Shown: one piece after another, positions 16,431-23,659 of the stretch
Layout: every line of letters begins with the position of its first letter
Numbering within the stretch: the first letter of the stretch is position 1
Source: Terrimicrobiaceae bacterium
Lineage (GTDB): Bacteria > Verrucomicrobiota > Verrucomicrobiia > Chthoniobacterales > Terrimicrobiaceae
Length of the DNA stretch: 23,659 bases
Reading direction: 5' to 3'
NCBI GenBank assembly: GCA_044342325.1
Contig: JBIIPZ010000041.1
Coordinates: 1-23,659, forward strand
The notes under the pieces: model-generated
Seen by the model: the letters and a program-made list of their open reading frames with translations, nothing else
What the model was told of the DNA's origin: nothing
Database searches by the model: none
Translations under genes and position numbers: made by a program

Positions 16431-17629
16431 ACAACCGAGCAAGCCCTCGCGGAGAGAAGTAACCCCTCCGCCTTGTGCCATGTTTCCTCCCATTCCTTTT
16501 CTCCTATGGAATCCGCCACGATGCCTGCTCCCACATGGAAATGAGAGCGCATCGGCTCAAAAATTGCAGTCCTTATAGCAATCGAAAAACGACTCTCGCC
16601 ATTGTAACCAAAGTAGCCGATTGCTCCCGTGTAGATGCCGCGTGGATGCACTTCGAGCGCCCGAATGATCTCAATGGCGCGTTTCTTTGGAGCCCCCGAA
16701 ATCGACCCGCCCGGGAAACACTCGCGCAATGCCGCAACATGGCTCACATCGGATCGCAATTCTCCTGAAATGGTAGAGACCAGATGAAAAACCTGTTCGT
16801 AACTTTCAAGGCGGAGCAACTCCGGCACATGAACTGTTCCGTAGCGGCAAACGCGGCCCAGATCATTGCGCTCGAGGTCGGTAATCATGACCAACTCCGC
16901 GATTTCTTTTGAGGATGTCAGTAGCTCCTGCGAACTTAATCTATCCCCCGCCTGGTCGGGACTGCGAGGCCGCGTGCCCTTGATCGGCCTAGTCTGAATG
17001 TGCCTGCCCGACATATTCAAAAAACTCTCCGGCGAAGCCGAGGCGATTTGTAAATCTCCGCAGTCCAAAAACGCCGCATGTGGAGCGGGAGAATGCTTCC
17101 TCAGCATCTCATAAAAAGCCCAGGGGTCAGCACCTCCAGCGGCAACGAAGGGGTGGCTCAGACAGACTTGATAAATGTCGCCAGCAGCAATGAACTCCTG
17201 CGCAGAATCGACCATCCCTATAAACTCATCCCTGCCAAGCAGCGGCTTGAAATCAAGATTTGCAGAGACCGAAGGATTCGAATGCGCCACAAATTTTTCC
17301 GGGCGGAGTATCCACTCCTGGGCATCATGCGAATAAACATGAAGCCGATCATAAAATGAAAAATAGAAGTCTCCGTCGTATCCAATCCAACCAATAGCGG
17401 CACCATCGGGTATTCCTGAGCCCCCATTATTTCGACGACGACGCTCCAACTCCTGTTCGAGCATCTCCCAATCACGACCACGCAAAACAAGATCCGGTTT
17501 GCAGGCCAGGACCGAAACAGAGCCATCGCCGGGGAGGGCGGAATCCAAAAAAACAAAGCCCGGCTCCTGCTTCATCGCCCGGGCGGCTTCCACAGGTCCC
17601 TCGGCTGGGTAACGCGTCTTTGGATTCAT
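16421..17629 (-). CDS. pabB: Aminodeoxychorismate synthase component I (chorismate-binding MST family)
   Basis: GDIYQV, SPE.FL, TRPIKGTRPR (PIKGT is PabB-type), KE.AELVMITDLERNDL, FPGGSISGAPK. Confidence 0.85.
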   Translation of the reverse strand: MNPKTRYPAEGPVEAARAMKQEPGFVFLDSALPGDGSVSVLACKPDLVLRGRDWEMLEQELERRRRNNGGSGIPDGAAIGWIGYDGDFYFSFYDRLHVYSHDAQEWILRPEKFVAHSNPSVSANLDFKPLLGRDEFIGMVDSAQEFIAAGDIYQVCLSHPFVAAGGADPWAFYEMLRKHSPAPHAAFLDCGDLQIASASPESFLNMSGRHIQTRPIKGTRPRSPDQAGDRLSSQELLTSSKEIAELVMITDLERNDLGRVCRYGTVHVPELLRLESYEQVFHLVSTISGELRSDVSHVAALRECFPGGSISGAPKKRAIEIIRALEVHPRGIYTGAIGYFGYNGESRFSIAIRTAIFEPMRSHFHVGAGIVADSIGEKEWEETWHKAEGLLLSARACSVVQR

Positions 17630-17683
17630 GCTCTTGCCAAGTCATCCCAAAATTGCTGTGATTTCAAGCCTGCCGCCAGCGCC

Positions 17684-18307
17684 ATGCTTCTCAAGCGATT
17701 CATCACTTCCCTTTTTATTGTCTCCACGCTCACCTGCCCAGCCATGGCCCAAGATGCCTCGACTGCAGAGGCTCAAGCAATCCCCGCCCCGCAGGTCACT
17801 CCAAGCGATCAGGATTTTATCAACCTGCCGAACGATCCCGCAGCTCCGACTACGGACATCATTTCCGAAACACAGATTTCCTTAACGGGCGAGACCTTGC
17901 CTGCAACAGAGTCTGACAAGGATTATGTGGATCCGAACCAGCTAATGCCCACGGACGGCGCACCCGCTCCCATAGATCCACGCACGCTCGCAGCATCCGG
18001 TGAAGAGCAGGAGCGCAAGGTCAAAATCCGTTACCAACAGGTGAGAGCAAAAGCCGAACTGGATTCCGATGTGGCAAGCCTTCTCGCAAAAGCCAAAGCA
18101 GCGAGCACATTTGAAGGCGAACGCGCGGCCTATCGTAAATACTACGAATTACTCTTCAAAAAAATGAGGAAGCTCGACAACACTCTCTCGAAGAAGTGCG
18201 ACCTCATGGAAAAGACCTATCTCGCACGACTCGCGCAGACTCGCGTGGAGCCTACAATCCCCCTCGAACCTCCTCCCAAGCCAGAACCCCTCGCCAACCA
18301 ACCCTAA
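17684..18307 (+). CDS. Hypothetical secreted protein
   Basis: Signal peptide ending AMA-Q, acidic/Pro-rich linker, helical basic C-terminal domain. Confidence 0.8.
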   Translation: MLLKRFITSLFIVSTLTCPAMAQDASTAEAQAIPAPQVTPSDQDFINLPNDPAAPTTDIISETQISLTGETLPATESDKDYVDPNQLMPTDGAPAPIDPRTLAASGEEQERKVKIRYQQVRAKAELDSDVASLLAKAKAASTFEGERAAYRKYYELLFKKMRKLDNTLSKKCDLMEKTYLARLAQTRVEPTIPLEPPPKPEPLANQP

Positions 18308-18347
18308 ATCCATCACATCTCACACCAAAGCCGTTGCCTGACATCCC

Positions 18348-19310
18348 ATGACTCTTTCCTGCAACCCGGAAATGAAAATCTTCACAGGCAACGCCAATCC
18401 GGCGCTGGCCCAAGACATCTGCACCTACCTCGGAGTTCCGCTTGGCGACGCCACCGTGACTTCCTTCCCCGATGGTGAGACTTTTGTAAAAATCAACGAC
18501 AACATCCGAGGCCGAGATGTTTTCATCATTCAGCCCACGTGCCCGCCAACGAATCAAAACCTGATGGAGCTTCTCATCATGGTGGATGCAGCGCGGCGCG
18601 CCAGTGCAGCCCGCATCACAGCAGTCTTGCCATTCTTTGGCTACGCCCGCCAAGACCGCAAAGACCAGCCACGCGTGCCGATCACCGCTAAGCTCGTTGC
18701 CAATCTCCTTGTGGCCGCAGGCGTGAACCGCGTGCTGACGATGGATCTCCACGCACAACAATTGCAGGGCTTTTTTGACATACCGGTAGACCACCTCCAT
18801 GCCATGCCTGTGATGGTCGAGCACATCCGCTCCATGGGCATCGAAAATCTCATCGTCGTATCGCCCGATGTCGGCGGAGTGAAAATGGCATCCGCCTATG
18901 CCAGCGCTCTCGGCACCCGTATCGCCATCGTGGTCAAGCAACGCAAAAGCGCGACCGAGACCGAAGCCTCGCATATCATCGGCGAGGTGGCTGGAAAAAA
19001 TATTCTCATCGTCGATGACCTCACCGAAACCGCTGGCACAATCACCAGCGCCGCAAGGATTCTCAGGAAACACGGGGCCCTCGATATTTATGCTGGCATT
19101 TCCCACACCATCCTGACAGATTTGGCGGTCGAGCGTTTGAGGGACTCCGATTTAAAGGAGTTGATTTCCACGAACAGCGTTCCGGCTCGTCTCACGACCG
19201 GCAGCAGAGTCACATCACTCTCCGTTGCCGAGCTTCTCGGTGAGGGGATCAGGCGCATTCACGACGACGAGTCCGTAAGTTCGCTCTTTGAAGTAAAACA
19301 AACCAAGTAA
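18348..19310 (+). CDS. prs: Ribose-phosphate pyrophosphokinase
   Basis: FPDGE, YARQDRK, DLHA.Q, VSPDVGG, VDDL..TAGT. Confidence 0.97.
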   Translation: MTLSCNPEMKIFTGNANPALAQDICTYLGVPLGDATVTSFPDGETFVKINDNIRGRDVFIIQPTCPPTNQNLMELLIMVDAARRASAARITAVLPFFGYARQDRKDQPRVPITAKLVANLLVAAGVNRVLTMDLHAQQLQGFFDIPVDHLHAMPVMVEHIRSMGIENLIVVSPDVGGVKMASAYASALGTRIAIVVKQRKSATETEASHIIGEVAGKNILIVDDLTETAGTITSAARILRKHGALDIYAGISHTILTDLAVERLRDSDLKELISTNSVPARLTTGSRVTSLSVAELLGEGIRRIHDDESVSSLFEVKQTK

Positions 19311-19319
19311 ACCACACAT

Positions 19320-19979
19320 ATGGCCAAGCAAGTTAAACTCACAGCCCGTCCCCGCTCCGAAAGCGGCCGCAATGCCGTCAAGAGCGTCCGCGCCCGCGGA
19401 TCCGTCCCAGCCGTCATCTACGGTCACCACAGGACGCCTGCAAATCTCGAAGTCTCGCACCGCGAACTGGAAATCCTCCTCTCCCACGCCGTTGGAGAAA
19501 ACATCCTCGTCGATCTGGAAATCCAAGACGGCTCGAATAAATCCAGCCAACTCTCGCTCATCCAGGAAGTGCAGCGCCACACGCTCCGCCACCAGATTTT
19601 GCATGTGGATTTCCAAGCGGTGTCGATGACAGAAAAAATTTCTGCCGACATCACCATCGAGCCTTTCGGCGAAGCAGACGGCGTGAAAAACTTTGGTGGC
19701 CTTCTCGAGCAGAGCATGCGCTCGATCGCCATTCAATGCCTCCCGCAAGATCTTCCCGAGATCATCAAGGTGGATGTCAGCGCCCTCAAAGTCGGCGACT
19801 CCATTCACGTCCGTGATCTCCCGCTTCCAAAAGGCGTGGAAGCCGATGTCGATGCCGACCTCACAGTCTTCATCGTTGCAGAGCCTGCAGTAGCCTCTGA
19901 AGCCACTGCCACGACTGCTGCAACCGCTCCCGAAGTCATCAAGGAGAAGAAAGCCGAAGCAGGCTCGGACAAAAAGTAA
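19320..19979 (+). CDS. rplY: 50S ribosomal protein L25/Ctc
   Basis: R..G.VPAVIYG, ILHVDF, GVK.FGG.L, I.VDVS.L.VGDSIHV.DL; prs-rplY-pth synteny. Confidence 0.95.
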   Translation: MAKQVKLTARPRSESGRNAVKSVRARGSVPAVIYGHHRTPANLEVSHRELEILLSHAVGENILVDLEIQDGSNKSSQLSLIQEVQRHTLRHQILHVDFQAVSMTEKISADITIEPFGEADGVKNFGGLLEQSMRSIAIQCLPQDLPEIIKVDVSALKVGDSIHVRDLPLPKGVEADVDADLTVFIVAEPAVASEATATTAATAPEVIKEKKAEAGSDKK

Positions 19980-19990
19980 TTCCCGCCGAA

Positions 19991-20569
19991 GTGGAATCAA
20001 CCGCTGCATACCGGCTCGTAGCCTGCTTGGGCAATCCAGGCAATCAATACCAGAATACCCGTCACAATGTCGGGTTCATGGTTGGCGACGAGTTGGCAAG
20101 GCGGGGAGCCACCACATTCACCTTCGACCAGAAGTGGAATTCCGACACCGCGCGCACTGGCGGACGCACCCTCATGAAGCCGCAAACCTTCATGAACCTC
20201 AGCGGCGAAGCAGTGGGCGAGTTTTCGAGATTTTACAAAATTCCGGCTACTGAAATCATGGTCATCCTCGATGACACCTCTCTCCCACTCGGCATGCTGA
20301 GGCTTCGCAAGTCTGGCAGCGCTGGCGGGCATAATGGACTGGAATCCGTTCTCGTCCATATGGGAACAGAGGCAGTCCCCCGAATCCGCGTTGGGATCGG
20401 AAAGCCGGAGAGCACCCTCCATAATCATGTCCTCGGCGGATTCCGCAAAGAGGAACTTCCCCTGCTTCAGGAGTCTGTGAGCAGGGCGTCGGACGCTTTT
20501 GAATACGCCAACGCCCATGGCATCGAAGCCGCAATGAATCAATTCAACCAAAAAAACCAGGAACAATGA
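19991..20569 (+). CDS. pth: Peptidyl-tRNA hydrolase
   Basis: LGNPG..Y..TRHNVGF, KPQTFMNLSG, GSAGGHNGL.S, RIRVGIG. Confidence 0.96.
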   Translation: MESTAAYRLVACLGNPGNQYQNTRHNVGFMVGDELARRGATTFTFDQKWNSDTARTGGRTLMKPQTFMNLSGEAVGEFSRFYKIPATEIMVILDDTSLPLGMLRLRKSGSAGGHNGLESVLVHMGTEAVPRIRVGIGKPESTLHNHVLGGFRKEELPLLQESVSRASDAFEYANAHGIEAAMNQFNQKNQEQ

Positions 20570-20880
20570 ACAGATACGAAGCACTCCTCGCCCTCAATAC
20601 GCGAGGCAAAGAAGAAACCATCAAAGACACCATCGAGCGCCTTGAAAACGTGCTCAAAGCAGAGGGAGCCGCCATCGAGCAGGTTCAACGCCTCGAAAAA
20701 CGCGAACTCGCCTACGAAACAGACCACCTCAAGAGTGCCTACTTCGTGAATTTCGTGTTCGAAGCCGCCCCGACCGCGATCGATAAACTGCGCTCAAAGC
20801 TCAAACTCGACAACGACATTCTCCTCCAAAACTACCTCAAACTCCCTACCAAAAAAGCTTCGGCTCCAGCCGCAGCCTAA
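20566..20880 (+). CDS. rpsF: 30S ribosomal protein S6
   Basis: MNRYE, KRELAY, ferredoxin-like pattern; lies between pth and ssb. Confidence 0.9.
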   Translation: MNRYEALLALNTRGKEETIKDTIERLENVLKAEGAAIEQVQRLEKRELAYETDHLKSAYFVNFVFEAAPTAIDKLRSKLKLDNDILLQNYLKLPTKKASAPAAA

Positions 20881-20896
20881 CCCCAATAAGGAAGCC

Positions 20897-21376
20897 ATGG
20901 CCAACGTCAACAAAGTCATCCTCATCGGAAACGTCACACGCGACCCTGAAGTCAAGTTTACCTCAAAAGGCAGCGCCGTTACGGACATTGGCCTGGCCAT
21001 CAACCGCAACTACACCCTCGACAACGGCGAGAAACGCGAGGAGACGACATATGTTGATGTCGAACTCTGGGGACGCCTCGCTGAAATAGCGGGTGAATAT
21101 GCCAAGAAAGGCCGTCCGGTTTACATCGAAGGCCGCCTTCGTATGGACACCTGGGAAGACAAGGCCAGCGGGCAAAAGCGGAGCCGCATGAAGGTAGTGG
21201 GTGAGAACCTGCAGCTCTTAGGCGGTCGCACCGGAGGGCCCGGCCCTTCCAGTGGAGGAGAGCATGAGAGCTACGAATCCGCTCCTGCCGCCCCTCGCCG
21301 CTCCGCCCCACCACAACCTCAGCGTCAGGTGGCGCCTCCTCCGAGCGACATGCCGGACGACGACATTCCATTCTGA
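20897..21376 (+). CDS. ssb: Single-stranded DNA-binding protein
   Basis: NKVILIGN.TRDPE, KG..VYIEGRL, and C-terminal DDDIPF. Confidence 0.97.
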   Translation: MANVNKVILIGNVTRDPEVKFTSKGSAVTDIGLAINRNYTLDNGEKREETTYVDVELWGRLAEIAGEYAKKGRPVYIEGRLRMDTWEDKASGQKRSRMKVVGENLQLLGGRTGGPGPSSGGEHESYESAPAAPRRSAPPQPQRQVAPPPSDMPDDDIPF

Positions 21377-21432
21377 GGCCCTGCGAGGCTTGAAATCTCA
21401 AACCAGGCGGGCATTGGCATGAACAATTTCCC

Positions 21433-22476
21433 ATGAGCACGCCAGACCCCAAATCCCAGGATCTCGAGCCGATAGATTCGGCTTTTGAGATTTCCCTCAG
21501 GCCACCGCTTTTCGAGGAATTTGCGGGTCAGGAAAAAACTGTCGAACGCCTGCAGGTGATGGTCGAGGCGGCCAAGCAACGAGGCGACACGCTCCAGCAC
21601 ATCCTCCTGAGTGGCCCACCCGGACTTGGCAAGACCACCCTCGCCTACATCATAGGCAATGCCATGAACTCCGAGGTCCGCACCACCAGCGGACCGATGA
21701 TCGAAAAGGCTGGCGACCTCGCTGGACTGCTCACAAACATCGAACGCGGCGGAGTTCTCTTCATCGATGAAATCCACCGCCTGCAACCAGCGATCGAGGA
21801 GTATTTGTATCCCGCGATGGAGGATTTCAAACTCGACATCGTGATTGACCAGGGCCCCAGCGCCCGAACCGTAAGGCTGAGCCTCGCTCCCTTCACACTC
21901 ATCGGCGCGACGACCCGCTCGGGTATGATCAGCGATCCGCTGCGCTCACGATTTGGCATGAACTGCCGCCTCGACTACTACGCTCCCGAAACCCTTGCTG
22001 CCATTGTGAGTCGCAGCGCGGGACTTCTCGGCAGTGAGTTGGAGGCAGGCGCCGACTTGGAAATAGCCCGCCGCGCGCGAGGCACTCCACGCATCGCAAA
22101 CAATCTTCTCCGCTGGGTGCGAGACTACTCCTTGGTTCGTGCCGGGGGCCGAATCACCGCCCAGAGCGCCACCGACGCCCTCACCATGCTCGACATCGAC
22201 GCCGAGGGCTTTGACGAAATGGACAAGCGCATCCTGGAAGCGATCATCGGCCTTTTCGATGGAGGCCCCGTAGGCGTGAATAGCCTTGCCGTCGCCATCG
22301 GAGAGGAGTCCGGCACGATTGAGGAAGTGCACGAACCCTACCTCATCATGCAAGGCTACATCAAACGCACAGCCCAAGGCCGCGTCGCCATGCCGAAGGC
22401 CTACAGAAAGCTCGGTCTGCCTGCGCCAAAATCCGCTCCCGACTCCCCCTCGCAGCCTGACCTCTTCAAAGCTTAG
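21433..22476 (+). CDS. ruvB: Holliday junction branch migration helicase RuvB
   Basis: [42 protein letters not shown]. Confidence 0.97.
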   Translation: MSTPDPKSQDLEPIDSAFEISLRPPLFEEFAGQEKTVERLQVMVEAAKQRGDTLQHILLSGPPGLGKTTLAYIIGNAMNSEVRTTSGPMIEKAGDLAGLLTNIERGGVLFIDEIHRLQPAIEEYLYPAMEDFKLDIVIDQGPSARTVRLSLAPFTLIGATTRSGMISDPLRSRFGMNCRLDYYAPETLAAIVSRSAGLLGSELEAGADLEIARRARGTPRIANNLLRWVRDYSLVRAGGRITAQSATDALTMLDIDAEGFDEMDKRILEAIIGLFDGGPVGVNSLAVAIGEESGTIEEVHEPYLIMQGYIKRTAQGRVAMPKAYRKLGLPAPKSAPDSPSQPDLFKA

Positions 22477-22478
22477 CC

Positions 22479-23270
22479 ATGGATTTCATGCTTCGAGGCA
22501 AAGTCGCCATGGTGGCCGCATCCAGTCGTGGTCTGGGATTTGGAGTCGCCCGGGAACTCGCGCGCGAAGGCGTAAAGGTATCCCTCGCCAGCAGAGACTT
22601 GGAGTCTGCCAAGAAAGCTGCTTCGCAAATTCATGAAGAAACGGGAACTCCCGTTCTCGCATCGCAAATGGATGCAAAAGATCCGGCAGCCATAGCGAAT
22701 TGGACATCACGCACCATCTCGGAATTCGGCGGAGTCGATCTCCTCGTAGCCAATGCAGGCGGTCCTCCCGCAGGAAACTTCGACTCCTTCAGCGACGAAT
22801 CCTGGCAGGATGCCTTTGAACTCAATCTTCTCAGCACTGTTCGCATGATACGCAGCGTCCTCCCCTCGATGCGCCAACGCGGCGGCGGCTCCATTCTCAC
22901 GATCACCTCTATCACCGTCAAAGAGCCCTCCGAACAACTCATTCTCTCAAATGTCATGCGATCCGGAGTCACAAGTCTGGTTAAGACGCTCTCCATGCAA
23001 CTCGCTCCAGAAGGCATCCGAATAAACAATATCATGCCTGGCAGAATCGATACCGACCGCATCAGGAGCCTCGACAGCACACGCGCCGAACGCACCGGGA
23101 TGACGCCTGAAGAGTGCCGAGCCGAAGCCATAAAGACGATTCCCATGGGCCGCTACGGCGACATCACCGAATTTGGAAAAGCCGCAGCGTTTCTCCTCTC
23201 CGACGCCGCAGCCTACATCACCGGCTCCAGCCTCGCACTCGACGGCGGTTCCCTCAAAACCGTCTGGTGA
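22479..23270 (+). CDS. Short-chain dehydrogenase/reductase (FabG-like atypical subfamily)
   Basis: ASSRGLG, NAGGP, PG.IDT.R, IP.GRYG, YITG....DGG; active-site SxxxR (SNVMR) in place of YxxxK. Confidence 0.9.
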   Translation: MDFMLRGKVAMVAASSRGLGFGVARELAREGVKVSLASRDLESAKKAASQIHEETGTPVLASQMDAKDPAAIANWTSRTISEFGGVDLLVANAGGPPAGNFDSFSDESWQDAFELNLLSTVRMIRSVLPSMRQRGGGSILTITSITVKEPSEQLILSNVMRSGVTSLVKTLSMQLAPEGIRINNIMPGRIDTDRIRSLDSTRAERTGMTPEECRAEAIKTIPMGRYGDITEFGKAAAFLLSDAAAYITGSSLALDGGSLKTVW

Positions 23271-23348
23271 CGCTTCAAGGCGTGCCTCCGAAAACGAGAC
23301 GCCGAAGCCATATTTCAGCAAACAATGGGTGCTGCGCGGTTGGACGGA

Positions 23349-23656
23349 AACTAACCACGGAGGACACGGAGAGCACGGAGTAAAATGAGGAATTGCAGTT
23401 TGTCGAAAGACGCTGAAAGCCGAGATTTTTTCTCCTAACCAACAAGTCACATCATATTACAGTAAAGAATAATATAAAACCACTGATTACCCGGATGAAC
23501 GCGGATACGAACAAATGGGCACGGGTGCATTCGCGGCGCGAATGGGGCAGGGTAAAACAAAAACTCTGCAAGCAGGCTTGCAAGATTTTTGCTTTTTTCT
23601 GCCAATCCCAGATTGATGGGATCATCCGTGCCCATCTGAGAAATCCGTGGTTAGTT
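23349..23656. repeat. Nested inverted-repeat element (REP/MITE-like) built from 9-bp-period CACGGA units
   Basis: 13-bp perfect IR AACTAACCACGGA (23349-23361) / TCCGTGGTTAGTT (23644-23656); CACGGAG three times at 9-bp period (23356-23380); second left arm 23478-23506 matches the revcomp of 23624-23652 at 22/29. Confidence 0.7.
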
Positions 23657-23659
23657 CTT

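Noticed and set aside
21405..21430. LexA box upstream of ruvB (TGTTC-N4-GAACA type, as recalled for Verrucomicrobia)
   Set aside because: Only the GAACA half is present.
23272..23308. Bulged hairpin after the SDR stop as an intrinsic terminator
   Set aside because: Two bulges and no convincing U-tract.
8309..23450. Numerous long antisense/alternate-frame ORFs (e.g. 9221-9829, 10729-11415, 13231-13908, 18252-19106, 19215-20009)
   Set aside because: Shadow ORFs of well-supported genes in GC-rich DNA with no recognisable motifs.
23349..23656. CRISPR array
   Set aside because: Repeats are short, 9-bp periodic and inverted, with no 25-40 bp direct repeats with spacers and no cas genes.

Overview
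Bacterial chromosomal window. Gene style (lpxC-fabZ fusion, prs-rplY-pth-rpsF-ssb, type III PKS/FAD pair) suggests Verrucomicrobiota/PVC, which is an inference. Right part (about 10.7-23.3 kb) is mostly housekeeping: tRNA-Gln(CTG), Zn alcohol dehydrogenase, lpxA, lpxC-fabZ, ABC ATPase, RluA, an Xre/RES toxin-antitoxin pair, pabB, prs, rplY, pth, rpsF, ssb, ruvB and an SDR. It ends in a nested inverted-repeat element with 9-bp periodicity. Left part (1-10.4 kb) looks accessory and partly decayed: a UbiB/ABC1 kinase whose 5' end abuts a probable IS4-family terminal repeat, a frameshifted SOUL gene, an FAD-oxidoreductase/type III PKS operon with a possible deleted-gene remnant, and a Na+/solute symporter. 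The most notable feature is a run of six short co-oriented ORFs (5145-8194) separated by degenerate attC-like sites with conserved box spacing and no integrase in the window. This is an apparently immobilised integron cassette array (CALIN-like). All calls come from reading motifs by eye; no searches were run.
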